From Azolla caroliniana (taxonomy: Eukaryota; Plantae; Polypodiophyta), in assembly GCA_043228905.1 (NCBI GenBank), contig JBHGNT010000007.1:8308001-8372000 (forward strand): a DNA stretch of 64,000 nucleotides. The letters run 5' to 3'. The first letter of the stretch is position 1. The number at the start of each line of letters is the position of its first letter. The notes beneath the pieces are model-generated. The model did no database searches. It saw only the letters and a program-made list of their open reading frames with translations, and was not told the DNA's origin. Positions 50,987-64,000 of the stretch are shown piece by piece. A program made the translations under genes and the position numbers.

Positions 50987-53900
50987 TTACATAGCAATCA
51001 AATCGTCAATGTCATTTTTTTCATCATCCTGTATAGAAGTCTCTTCGGCTATACGTGCATTGGCTTCCCCTGTTAGCTGAGCCAACGAAATATCTTCTAT
51101 AAGCTCATCATCAAGCTCTATTAGCTCCCCCGGTTCCCCAGCTAACGGAGGAATAGGCTCTCGCGAAGTAGGTTGAAACCTTTCAGTATCAGTGAGGTTC
51201 TTTGCACCAACCTCCTCGTCCTAGTCTGGGCACTCCCACAAAGCCTTAATCCTCATGTTTATAAATATAACCTGCTCCTCGTCCTTCTCCAATGCAATTG
51301 TGTTTCTAAAGAGCTTCAATGCACATGCAGACGTCGTTCCTGTGAAGAAAGTAACAAGAAGAATTAGTTGTCAAACAAAAAAGATTCAGTATTGGTTATC
51401 TCAAGATCATTACCCTAGTTCGAGGAATACCTGTGCCAGAAAAGAGGTCTAATATCCAGTCTCCTTCAACAGAAAACATCTTGATTAAACGCATCATAAG
51501 TCGTTGAGGTTTTTGGTATGGGTTGACAAGTCCTCATTCTGTCGTGGTGACATGTCGCAATTTCCGTGTCACTGCTAGATATACCAGCAGATTTGAACCT
51601 CCCACTTCATTAGAATGCTCCTTGATTCTTTGTTTCTTAATTTCATTAAAGTAGACAACCGCGATGTATTCAATGGCATTAACGAACCGAAAGGTTGGCC
51701 CTCTATTTACATTGGTTTTTCTCCTATAACAAATATACATCGAGTTAAGAATAGATTGAACAATCTTAAGAAAGGCAATATAGTGAATGAGACCTATAAA
51801 TAATCCTTACCATGCAAGGTTCTCGAGCAAAATCCTTGACCATCTTCTCCAACTGTTTAAACCTAAACGGTTCATTGTCATATGATGACCCTGCCATTCG
51901 AAATCCGTAAGGAATATCTGCAATCATTAGCGTATATTCCTTCTTTGGCACTTTTTGGATCATGTCAACGACATCGCCGTAAACCACATTGTAGTAAAGA
52001 TCTCTCGTAATATCTTTTTTGTGGCTAAATTTTTTGAAGGAGCCATCTTCCTCCATTTCGTACGCCTTGACTAAGCGACAATCCTTTTCTTTTCTGGCTC
52101 TCTCGAGATGTGCAAGGAAGGATGTCGGGAAATCGTGTATATCCTTAACTTCTCCTTGTTTCTTGCCACGACACGGTTTCTAATAGAAGCAATAGGACAT
52201 CAAGTTTTATTATACAAGCTCTACATATGATGAAAGCTTAATGAAAAACCACCAATACTAACCCAATCCTTGAATGCAATCAAATACTTTGATAACGCCT
52301 TATATGAAAACGTTAGAGGATAATCCTCGATCACTTGTTCCCAAGTTATACATCCAAGTTGTTTCATCATAACTTCTTGGATCTTCATGTACACCTTATG
52401 ATTGTGAAATTAGAAAACGAGATTAGAACTTTCAATTGCACCATATTGACTTCAATATCACTATTTGAAAGACTTACTTATTGAACTCAGTGACCATTTC
52501 TTCAAAGCTTAAATCTTTGGCCACAACCCTTGACAAAACAGACACAAGAAGTTGCTTGTCCTTAATACCTTGCATCGCTCTCCACAGAGACAGCTTCATG
52601 TGGTCAGCCGCTTCTTCAATTGTCAAATCAATTTTCTTGGCCGCTTGTGACTTTAATTCTAGTTGAGGGTCTACCTTACATTTCTTTTGTCGTTGACCCT
52701 TGACCTCCTTATTCTCCCACATTTAGAAGATTTGATCTGGTAGGTCCCATACTTCTCCATCTCTAAAGGCCAGTTGAAACCAAGACTCATATTTTCGAAG
52801 TCCATCAGACTTAACATTATCATCCACGACAATGCCGACTTCATGCAAGCATTGACGTCGTAGGCCTGGATGTAGCTTCACAACAAACTTTTGTTTGACG
52901 TCCAAATACTCGTGGTGGAAGAACCTTATACGCTCAATCGATGACATTTTCTGCCTATAGTCATTATCGTTATTGTGATGCCATGCCAACAGCTTTGCCT
53001 CTTCAGTTGTGAGACCCACATAAATTTTGCACTCGGTATACTTGAAGAAGAAAGTCGTTGGATGTTCTCTCACAAGTTGTCGACGTGCCTCCGCCGAATG
53101 CGATCCACCAATGACAAAGTAATTATATTGATCATCCTTTCTTATATTGAAATCTTCAATGGTTTCACATTCTTCAGGATCCACCATAACAATAAAAGGC
53201 ACAACAGTAGCATGTGGATTAATTTTCATTTTTTTCTTGAGATTTTGAACATGCATTCGGTGTGGCTCTCTAATCTCAAGTGGTCTTCGTCCTGTTTTTT
53301 CATCAATAGGGGTCCGATGGATGTGTGTTATAGGCAAATTAAACACTTGCCCTTTCCTAACCATTTTACGCTGCATTAACTCTCTCCGTATCTTATTCTG
53401 CTCGGATGACAACACACCCGATGGCAACTCAGCTCTTGGCATCCCCTTAGTGTCCTCATCTTCGTTTGAGCTTGATGAGTCAGAGTTCGACATTTTAGTG
53501 GTCTTCTTTTTTGGTGGTCTTGATTGTACTTTAGATGCCCTTTTCGGGGACTTTACTAGGGAGGGCAATGGCTCCCTTAGAGTTACATGGCCTTGTATAT
53601 AAGGCCTCAAGATAACAATAAGGTTTTGTGAGCTTTCTAGATCTTTTTTTAAAGCTTCTAGCCCACAAGATTCCTTTACTAGAAGATCTTCAGAAAGGAA
53701 TACTTTACGTACCCCCTTAGAGCACTCTATCATTACAAGTATGTTGGCCGAATCTGAATCTTCGTACTCAAATCGTAGAATACGGCCATACATAAATGTA
53801 GTTTCATTTTCAAGTTGCCCCTCGCTCTTCTTCTTTGTTGTATACAACACGACTTTTTTCTTGGAGTCGACATATTGCATACACCATTCCTTGTCCGTTA

Positions 53901-55381
53901 GATTACGGTCAGGACGGTCTTCACCACCAGTAGTTGCTAATAGTTTCTTTTGGCTGACCTCATTGGTTGGTTGAGATTTTGTCTCCTCGTTGAAGATAAG
54001 CTTTTTTCCTCTCTTCATGTTCTCGGGAGCTATTAGGGTCTGGCTTTCAATTGGAGAGCCTTGTATCCGGAGCTTTATCTTCTTCACAGGTCGGTCTGAC
54101 AAGTTCTCAAACGACCTATTTAAGAAAGGACATGCGAAAACATAATTTAGGTGGTCACGTAGATTAAGGTTGTATATTAAAATACACATAATTAGACGAA
54201 GACAAAAACTAGCAGGGGATTTGTGGTAAACTATAAATATCAATCATGCATTAAGTGAACATGGTAGTCCTTTATTCAGAAATCCATTCTAGTAAGGGCT
54301 ATTCAAGTTAGAAAATATATATCTTAATAAGTATACAAGGATATATATTATCTTGAAGGGTAGGTATGGCTTATATTGATTCCATATCCATATTCTAGAG
54401 AATTTGCATATGATGGACTTGATTTTGGTATCGTAAAGGTAATTTGTGGGTTATTTTCTACTATTTTAAGCTATACTAGGTCATAAAACCTCTATAATTA
54501 AGGCCCCTATTTGTTACAAAATATGGCAAATGTCCATAAAAAAAGTCTAATTTTGACAGAAAGTTTTATATCTTTTCACACAATACTAAATTGTTGCCCC
54601 AAAGACACAATATTCCTCTTTAAATTGTGTGTTTTACACAGGAACTTGATACGTTGTATCGTGTTCCTGTATATAGTTCGTGTTTATACATGAACTCGAT
54701 GTAGGGTATCGAGTTCATGTATCAAACACATACTTTACACAGGAATTCGATACGGCGTATCGAGTTCTTGTACAAAACATAAACTTTAAACATGAACTCG
54801 ATACGGTGTATCGAGTTCCTATATAAAACAAGAACTTTATACAGGAACTCGATACGCCGTTTCGAGTTCCTATATAAAACACAAACATAATACAGGAGCT
54901 CGATACGCCGTATCAAGTTCCTTTGTAAAAGACGTACATAATACAGGAATTCGATACGGCGTATCGAGTTCTTGTTTAAAACGCATACTATATACAGGAA
55001 AACACAAACTGTGTACAGGAACTCGATACGCCGTATTGAGTTCTTGTATAAAAACTAACATAATACAAGAACTCGATACGGCATACGAGTTCCTCTTTAA
55101 AACAAAAACTTTAAACAAGAACTCGATACGTCGTATCGAGTTCCTGTTTAAAACGCAAACTATAGACAAGAACTCGATACGGCGTATCGAGTTCCTGTAT
55201 AAAACCTAAACTTCAAACAAGAACTCGATACGCCGTATCGAGTTCCTACATAAAGTTTGTGTTTTATACAGGAACTGGATACAGTGTATCGAGTTCTTGA
55301 GTGCTAAAACATATTTACAAAAATGTCCTAAGTGTTAGAGGCTTACCTGGAGTTCTGGCGCTCGATTTTCTTTGAAGACAT
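50987..55381 (-). pseudogene. Six-exon ParB/Srx-like + beta-class DNA amino-methyltransferase, copy 2
   Basis: ATG 55381, donor GTAAGC; exon 2 from 54115 open for ~460 codons; GDVVDMIQKVPKKEYTLMIADIPYG (DIPY 51907-51918); NPYQKPQRLMRLIKMFSVEGDWILDLFSGT; GTTSACALKLFRNTIALEKD. Confidence 0.87.
54630..55300. repeat. Array of ~13 palindromes, ~51-bp period, in intron 1 of the methyltransferase gene
   Basis: CAGGAACTCGATACG-C-CGTATCGAGTTCCTG separated by related A-rich linkers. Confidence 0.92.
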
Positions 55382-56190
55382 GGTTGATCTTGTTGATGTT
55401 TAGGCAGAGATCTCGCTTTCATGCTTCATGCTCTGTGTGCTCTGTGTGCTCTGTTTGCTCTGTTTGCTCTATGTGATCTTGTGCTTCGTGTGATTGAAAT
55501 ATGACGAGGTCTTCCTATTTATAGGGATTGACCACAACGGTTAAAGTAACCACAGTCACTTTAACCAGAGTTACTTATGATTGCATCAATGTTTACAAAG
55601 TTAAACTAACATATTGATGATTATTTTATAGTCAAAATAACATACAATGACTTTGAAGGTCATGAAGGAAACAATGATAGAGGTTCATGAATGAACCAAT
55701 GATTGATTACTCAAAGCAACATTTTTATGACTCTTAATTGCTTTGTATTAAAGATGTGGGCATGAATGAACCAATGATTGAAAAGTCTTATATTTAAAAT
55801 GGTGGGCATGAATGAACCAATGACTGAGAAGTTTTATATTAAATATGGGTGTCATTAATAAACCAATGATTTTAATTTTAATCCAACATATATATGGCTT
55901 GGTAATGATTGTAATTATATTATACTTGATTTAACTTTATACATACTAGTTTAAGTAATTATTAATATGTTGAATACAATTATTATATTAAAAATAATAT
56001 TGTTATGTATTGTATTAATATAATATTGAATAATATAGCCATTATATTGAGGGAGCTTCTATTTAGAGAGGAGTTTATGTTTAGAGAAGAGTTTATGTTT
56101 AGAGAGGAGTATATGTTTAGAGAGGAGCTTATCAGTTTTTTATGTTAGCCTAAGCACATAACTTAAAGAGCTCTATGTGGACCTTAAGCC

Positions 56191-57801
56191 ATGACTGAAG
56201 ATTCACCGTTCTCGATTGAAGAATATTGTTTGTCATCAGACTCTTCGTTTTCTACCAAAGAGTATTGTTTGTCGACAGACTCACCATTTTCTATTGAAGA
56301 ATATTGTTTGTCGACAGACTCACCATATTCTATCGAAGAGTATTGTCTGAGCTCATATTCGCCTACAACGAATGTGAATAATGACATATGTGAAGAGTTC
56401 TCTATTGAAGAATACGATATTAATAAAGATACGGAGAATGAAGGTAGTGCCAATTAAACATCGAATATCATGGGCGATGGTCACAACAAAGAATTGGATA
56501 GTAACAAGGTTACACCAACTTCTATGCAGGAAGAGAAATCTGGAAGCCCTATGCATATTAGAAGAATCCCACGAAGAATTCGTCTTGCTAGATTTAACTT
56601 GGTGACATCAGATAAACAAATTGGATTTGATATCAAAAAAATATGATGTGCCCGTGGTTGTATGTCTATGATTGGAAAATCAAAGTTGTGAGAATTAAGG
56701 TGATACTATTTTTCGATGACTGGCGATGAGCAAGACACTTACCTCGGGTCACATATGCAACTAGTGTCTAACAAATGTACGAGGAAGTAACATGCGGCTA
56801 CATCTTAGCGGGGATCAGATGCTCAATTGTAAAGAGGTTCCAAGTATGAAAGGTGCAATTGGAAGACATGCTATTGGTTGAATGAAAAGTTACTTTCAGT
56901 TAAATTGTGAAGTAATGCCCACTACAGGTAGGATGCACCTCTCTGATAATTACACACATCAGGAAGTTTATGATGTCTATCGATCTGATATGGTGGGATC
57001 ACGTAATAAGTCTGTCACAGATAGCCAATTCACAAGATTATGGAGAGCTTGGTTTTCAAATGTTATCATTCCACGTAAAGTACACATGGGGTATTGCTCC
57101 ATTTGTGCAAATCTTAAAATTTTGGCTAAAGGTGCAAAGACCTCAATGGAAAAGGATATGAGTAAGAAGTTACTACAAGAGCATCGTGAGGCACAATCGT
57201 TAGAATGAAAGAAGGCGATGCATCATAGAGAGAAGTGTTTGAAGAGGCCCGAACAATACATGTGCTTAATGATAGATGGCATGGACCAGAAGAAGACGTG
57301 CTTGCCGCATATGTGAAGGCTCCCCAAAGACGTCAATGATGAGTGCCTTGTTCAAATGCACTTGGTGGGATGCTTGGCTCATAATAGGTCAGTTGGACCT
57401 CACGTCTTCATTACATGCCCCAATGTTCACAATGACCCTAACCTAACAGTTACAGTGATTCACCAAGTTTTGATGTCTTGGGGCCAACCTTTCCCCCCTG
57501 TTCTATACATTCAATTGGACAATACTGCTAGAGAGAACAAAAATTCAACTATGTTTGGCTATCTAAGTATGTTGGTCAACCAAGGATTGTTTAGAAAAGT
57601 GAAAGTCAATTTTCTTTTGGTTGGCCACACACATGATCATATAGATCATATGTTTAGCACATTCTCCAGACAGTTGTCTCAGCATGGTGCTTTCACATTA
57701 CCTAAACTATTTGATGTCATTTGTGATGCATATACACCACGCCCAAAAGTGTTACACTTGAAGGAGGTATATGACTTTAAGAGATATATATCAGATGGGG
57801 G
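56191..57801 (+). pseudogene. DDD transposase (Sola-like), copy 2
   Basis: CSICANLK; MIDGMDQKKTCLPH (~57270); LYIQLDNTARENKN; FLLVGHTHDHIDHMFS; several stops. Confidence 0.8.
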
Positions 57802-59884
57802 TGTTACCCGGCCGGCAAAGGAGTTAAAGACCAAAATGTGAAAGGGATTGTTATTCGGAATCTATTTTAATTAAGTAGAATATATTATAATTATGTAGTG
57901 AACGAACAGACCAGAATCGGTATGCCGATCCAGATCCGGACCAGTTCCGAACAGGCGCCGGTTGGCACCGTTTTGTACACAGCACCGGTGACCTATATAA
58001 TGGCCCGGTTACAATGTAAAACTTTAACGGAAAATTAATATAAGCTTCTTGTTTTACCTTCACGTATTGATTACCGTTCTGTATTAATTGTTATATCTTA
58101 CGCGTGTATTAAGTGAATGCCTTATTGCTAAGTAGCCAATTAAGTCGAATTAATCGTTGTGTCTTAAGTTATCTGGTCGTAACACCCCTTTGGTGAAGTG
58201 TCTTCCGGAGACACCCTGTGTTAGGCCATTGTTCAACCCTAAGGATTAACACAGTTTTTTGGCGACCATGATGGGATCACTGAGGAGGCCATCCATGTGT
58301 TTATTGGCCTTCTGGAAGGGGGCATCTTCACTATCGACAACCCTACCCCGGAGCAGCTCCGAAAATATTTTGGGGAATACTCTCTAGCCAGCAAGGCCTA
58401 CCAGACACAGGGCGGCGAAGATCCACTCTTTCGAGAGATTGCCCGTGTGCTCCATGAATTTGGACATGTATACCCTTGACCCCCGTGCATGCCTCAGAAC
58501 CAGGCCAGCTTAATCATAGCAACATATGAAGGCGTGAAGGTGGATTGGCCGGTACTGATTGCGGATGGCCTCTGTGCGGCCATCGACTCTGTCAGAGGCA
58601 AGGTGGGTCGGAAGATATGGACAGTAGTAGCGCAATGGCTCACCCTATTGGCGCCACCTATCGAGCTCGTCAAGTCCACGAAGCGGGGAAGAACAACCGA
58701 AGGCACCCCGAAAACGGCCTCGAAACAGCAACAGTTGTTGGCTTCTAAGGCAACCAAAGGGAAGGCAGCCGACACGGACCAGACGGCAAAGGAGCGCGCC
58801 AATAGGAAGCAGCAAGCGGAAACGCAAGAGGAGCCACCGACACGGCCAATCAAGATCAGGCTTCACCAACCGGTTCGACGACTGCTACATACTAACAAAG
58901 GAGGACTTCACCGTCGTAAGAGATGAGTTAGCCAAGGATTTTGTAACTCTGGCGGAGGAACAGTCAACAGTGGTCCGGCAACTTGTAGCACAGCTAGATG
59001 ATGATCGATTAGATGCTCAAATACAGTTTGAAAGCTATGAACGAACCAGGCTACATAGAGAAGAAGCAAAGCATGCGGCGACCGTCAACCTTAGCGATGA
59101 GGAGCCATCACTGGAGACAAGGCCGGGGCGAGTCAACCAGAGTCAAATCCGGCGGAGCAGCTAACAGAGGAATCACCGCCACAACCGCTGGTACCGGGAG
59201 CCGAACAGACGCCATCTAAGGAGCAACAGTCAGAGGAGTCGGAGCCACAATAGCAGCCACAACCGCAGCAATAGCAGCCACAACAGCAACAGCAGCCGCA
59301 ACAACAACAACACCAACAGATTCCCAAACAACCACTGGATACCCTGGAGCAGAGTATTCTGGATATCTTGGACGAAGGCTAAGGGCCGGATAGTGGGATT
59401 CGACATACAAGGTACTGTCCCATGGGCGTGCCATGTGTTATCCGGCCGGCAAAGGAGTTAAAGACCAAAATGTGAAAGGGATTGTTATTTGGAATCTATT
59501 TTAATTAAGTAGAATATATTATAATTATGTAGTGAACGGACGGACCGGAATCGCTATGCCGATCCGGATCCGGACCGGTTCCTAACAGGCGCCGGTTGGC
59601 ACCGTTTTGTACGCAACACCGGTGACCTATATAAAGGCCCCGTTACAATGTAAAACTTTAACGAAGAATTAATATAAGCTTCTTGTTTTATCTTCACGTA
59701 TTGATTACCGTTCTGTATTAATTGTTATATCTTACGCGTGTATTAAGTGAATGCCTTATTGCTAAGTAGCCAATTAAGTCAGATTAATCGTTGTGTCTTA
59801 AGTTATCTCGCCATAACACCCTTTGGTGAAGTGTCTTCCGGAGACACCCTGTGTTAGGCCATTGTCCAGCCCTAAGGATTAACA
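57802..59884. mobile_element. Non-autonomous LTR element D with two inward-facing PBS-like sites
   Basis: LTRs 57802-58251 and 59436-59884; no matching TSD; interior has a broken accessory-type ORF 58297-58926 and a CAG/CAA repeat. Confidence 0.88.
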
Positions 59885-61208
59885 AGAAATTTCATCTCTG
59901 AAATTTCATCACTGAAATTTCTGAAATTTCATTTTAGAAATTTAAACCCTAATACCTATTATTAAACCTAATTATACTTGAATGTCATGAGTCGTTGGTA
60001 TGCATTGTGCAGATCATTTGAGGCTACGTGGGAGAGGAGAGGAGAGCGTAACGTTACATGCAGAGGAGAAGGGGGAAAAAATGAAAAAAATAGGAAAAAA
60101 TGAAAAAAAAGGAAAAAAAACACACAAATTTTTTAATATCATTCATGTTCGTTTTCCAACGTAGGAAAACGAATGATATGGCTGACGAACACAAATTTAC
60201 GTACTACGGCCCTAAGTCATATTTATACTTATATGAACTTAGATCTATTTACAAATATAGCCTCAATGGGCTTATTCAAAACATAGTTACAAATTTGTCT
60301 TCTCTTCCAGTTCTCATCGGGTCCACCGATCCGGTTTTCGCAACTCTTCTTGTTCTCACCGGGTCTCCTCCGGTTTCCGGATCTCTTCCGGTTCTCACCA
60401 GGTCCTCTTTATTCATCACCGGATCGCATCCAGAGAGACCAATTTCCCAACAGATCCGACTCCCATTTACTGCGACAACATGAGGAGTATATATCTAGCT
60501 CGGAACCCGGTGTTCCACGTGCGCACAAAGCACATCGAAGTGCACTAATCTTCACCAAAGCCTTAGGAGCCAACAAGCTTCGGCAATTCATGTCAGACCT
60601 TGGATTGACGATCCCTGACTTTCCAGGCTTGAGGGGGAGTACAAGCGAGAACCGGATATCATCTGAACCGGGTACAAGCCGAAGCAGATACCGGAGATCG
60701 TCCAAACCGGATACCAACCGAAGCGAACATCAATCAAAAGGAACCGGCCCGAGTTGGGCTTGAGGGGGCATGTTGAGAATCAAGCTCAACATAGCACAAC
60801 GTGTGAACACCTTTTGAGAATCAAAGGTCAAGAGTCACACCACTACTCTCTACACATTAACTATGTGTCATACAATCATATACTATGACACATAACTAAT
60901 GAGTTACATATTCCCCATGACTATGAGTTTTCACATTCCCCTAGAGAGAGAATGGTTGTTGTAAGTTAATGAAGAGAGAGGGTGACTCTATATAAAGCAG
61001 GTCCCTCCTCATACTTCATATTAAGTCGGTTGTGACTCCTTGTTATGCTACATTTTGCAATTCTTATTCTTGTGAAATATACACCTTCTTCTTTAGCATT
61101 CCTTTTTCTATCTATCTTGTGTTCTCTCATCTCTCCTCTAATTCCTCTCACACATACACATAACACACATCTCTTCCACTACACAAGAATCATACCCGAT
61201 TCTTTACA

Positions 61209-62696
61209 ATCACAAATCCCTATTCTATTTTTATAATGGATATCCTCATGAATGTCACCATTTGATTTAGTGAAACTCTTATAAAATCTATCCCGAAGAA
61301 AACCAAGGCAACCTAAAACACACAATTCCTCTTCGTCACTCTCACCCTCATCATTACCCTTATCATAACCATATCCACAGAAAGTGCACAACTTTTTATC
61401 ATCATATTAACCCTCATTCTTCTCTTGGCACTCACTCTCACCATCAATAATAAACTCTCTCTTACTATCATCAAGCCCTAAATCGTGTGTATCGTTATTA
61501 TCATCACCGTCATCACGTTTAAATGTAAAGTTTTCGTCTCTTCCCAACTTCTTCTCTTGTTTGTGGCTCTCATGAAACCTATCATACTTGTCATCAAAAT
61601 TTAAACCATGAGAGTCTTGATCCCAACTACACTCACCATCACGACTTTCGTCGAGTGCTTTTTCATTAGCACATCCATGAAGAGCTCGACATTGATTCCT
61701 CCACTTGTGTTTATAGTAATCTTTGTTACGATCATTACCTTGTAGATCTCGAGCACTCTTTGTGAGTTTGTAATGATCTTTGTCTTTGTCATAACCGTGT
61801 AGATCTTGATATGTCTCCTCAAGCCCACATTCTTTGTCACATGTCTCTTCATGACTGCATCCTTGAGTATCATGGACTTTTCCCTCGAACACATGTTCTT
61901 CATTCCATGTCTCTTCATTATCGCATCCTTCTCGATCTTCCCTCTTGAGACCACGTTCTTCATCACATATCTCTTCACGATTGCATCCTTCTTTGATGCA
62001 TATCTCTCTTGTCTTGAGTTTGCAATGACCTTCGTGACGACCATAGGCATGTCGATCACAATCACTCCCTTCAAGATCACGTTCTTCGTCACATGTTTGT
62101 CTTTTGTCGAGTTTGCAATGATCCTCGTAACGACCATACACATGTTGATCTCGATATCTCTCTTCAAAGCCTTGTTCTTCGTCACATGTCTCTTCACGAC
62201 CACAACTACGTCGATCTTCGTGATGACCATAGGCATGTCGATCACAATCCCTCCCTTCAAGATCGCGTTCTTCGTCACATGTTTCTCTTTTGTCGAGTTA
62301 GCAACAATCCTCGTAACGACCATAGGCATGTTGATCTCGATATCTCTCTTCAAAGACTTGTTCTTCGTCACATGTCTCTTCACCACCGCAACTACGCCGA
62401 TCTCAATCATCTTCATCGTCGTCACCGTCAAGCAAACCATGAAAAGGTTGAGGCCCGAATCTGGACATCATAACCACTTCGTACCAATCTGGAACTTCTT
62501 GATATAGTCTTTTGACTTGCCTTGCCAACTTGAGATACTCCAATGCTCTATCCTTATCATCATGCAACATCATTTCAATGACCTTCCTTACAAATGGAAG
62601 CATCATGAGCCTTGGACCACCTTCTATTTTTATCGACTCCTCTAAGTCGTATGCATCCAAGATCACATCCACCATTCGCGATGCCCCCATTACCAC
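61209..62696 (-). pseudogene. 5' part of a low-complexity D/E/C/H-rich ORF with ~180-bp internal repeats
   Basis: Repeated EETCDEE/HVYGRYE units; ...IGICD joins DDEDVLQK at 36138. Confidence 0.5.
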
Positions 62697-62740
62697 CTTG
62701 TGTTGTTCACGTCAAGTTCACCAAAGAGATGTCGCCACGG

Positions 62741-63070
62741 CGTGACACACGTCCCAAACATCATGATGTGTGTGTCACACAGGCGCAGACAAGCACTATT
62801 CCTCTATCTGGTAGTGGTTATAGAGGAGATGAATTGGCCGTTTTAGGTTTATTGTCGAGTTGTTCTTTGTTGTCGAAGACGCACCCGAACTAGAATCAGT
62901 GATGCGGTGGATTGATCTGTAGGCGGCAGTATTGTGGTGGTGCGCAATGTTTATCAGGCGGCGAAACGATCTTTGCCGGTGCTATTTCCCTCTTGACGAG
63001 AATTCCAGAGATAGAGTGAATGACCACACGAAATGAAATTGTAGTAGCCGAAGTGACATACCAATGTGGT

Positions 63071-63103
<33 letters not shown>

Positions 63104-63690
63104 CGGGAATTGAGGAAGTGTTTAAGATAGATAGATGGATGGAAATTCCAAATCTGGGTTTGAACCCTTGACATCAATGTTGAGAAACAAGACAAGTCAC
63201 CAATAAGATAAGTAGGTTTTTTAATATTAAGATGTTGATTCGATACATAGCTTCATTGATGCATAGATTGATCCCCCCTTTTCCCTTCCTTTCTTTCTTA
63301 TATAGATGCCCCCATGCATATGATGCATGTGAGGGTGTAAGACATGCATACAATGCATGCAATGCATTATTTCCATTTGGTGCTCATGCATCGCATGTGA
63401 TGCATGACGACCATGTCACTCATTCAAGCTCTCATGTAGGAGCATTTACATGTGAAAAATACAATGATAAAAGTACAAGTAACAACTTAGCCTAATGGTA
63501 AGTCAATTGTGTCTTAACTTGGAGGTGCAAGTATGCACGAAAATGCTACTAGGCCTTAGGGGTTCTCATTTCATTCATATTAACAACATGCTAACATACA
63601 AGTGTAACCATCGCCCCATTCATTCGTGTACACATTGCACCTTCTCGATTTTCTCCGTTCCATGTGATTTTCACACCGTTGCCGAAAATC
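62741..63690. repeat. ~0.9-kb direct repeat (LTR-like), copy 2
   Basis: Colinear with 34278-35200. Confidence 0.8.
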
Positions 63691-63780
63691 TTCACTACAA
63701 CGCAACGAGCACGCTGAAAGAACCCACCAAAAAAGTGTTTCTCAAACAACAGTCACGACCACGACAGCGACAGATGGCAG

Positions 63781-63793
63781 GAGAGAGAGAGAG

Positions 63794-63837
<44 letters not shown>
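63781..63837. repeat. (GA)n(GT)n microsatellite
   Basis: Direct reading. Confidence 0.95.
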
Positions 63838-63840
<3 letters not shown>

Positions 63841-64000
63841 TAATAAGAAATAAATCTTTCCAACGCACTCAAGTACATTGGAGGTGGTAGTGTTTTGTTT
63901 TTAGGGTTCATTGGAAGGGGTGATATTCAAATTTTTTATACTCGTAATGAAATTTGTGGTACTCCAATTCATGTAAGAGTACCCCTACTATTATCTTATT

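Larger units (their letters stand above)
49903..57801. mobile_element. Sola-like TIR DNA transposon, copy 2 (inverted relative to copy 1; transposase end lost)
   Basis: TIR AACACATTCGCGTTCACA at 49903; reverse-complement colinear with 12746 to ~6920; broken by the LTR element at 57802. Confidence 0.9.
36139..61208 (+). mobile_element. Ty1/copia retrotransposon (family A) hosting nested insertions
   Basis: LTRs 36139-36575 and 60771-61208; TSD ATCAT/ATCAC; PBS TGGTATCAGAGC 36576-36587; gag-PR-IN 36743-39346; RT-RNase H 48567-49902; RNase H end ~60450-60640. Confidence 0.92.

Noticed and set aside
54630-55300. CRISPR-like array of palindromic repeats
   Set aside because: Linkers are ~20 bp and homologous to one another, no cas genes are present, and the context is a eukaryotic intron
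63693-63720. CACTACAA as a CACTA terminus
   Set aside because: No partner TIR or subterminal repeats visible in the window

Overview
Eukaryotic, repeat-saturated plant-type DNA; the retroelement lineages suggest a seed-free plant such as a fern, which is an inference. No intact host protein gene is visible. The left third is a degenerate tandem array built around tRNA-Ser(GCT), invaded by LTR elements. The rest is a nest of Ty1/copia and Ty3/gypsy elements whose insertion order can be read from target-site duplications (TSDs). Main result: two copies (5512-12746; 49903-57801) of a TIR DNA transposon with a Sola-like DDD transposase; copy 1 has a 4-bp TSD. Divergently from the transposase it carries a six-exon gene encoding a ParB/Srx-like domain fused to a beta-class DNA amino-methyltransferase (DIPY ... 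NPYQKP ... DLFSGTGTT). Both copies sit in the RNase H region of the same copia family, about 25 nt apart. Two unusual priming architectures are also present: LTR elements with tRNA-Arg primer sites at both internal ends and no polypurine tract (PPT), and chromovirus-type elements with Tf1-like 11-nt self-priming. All coordinates and motif calls were made by eye.
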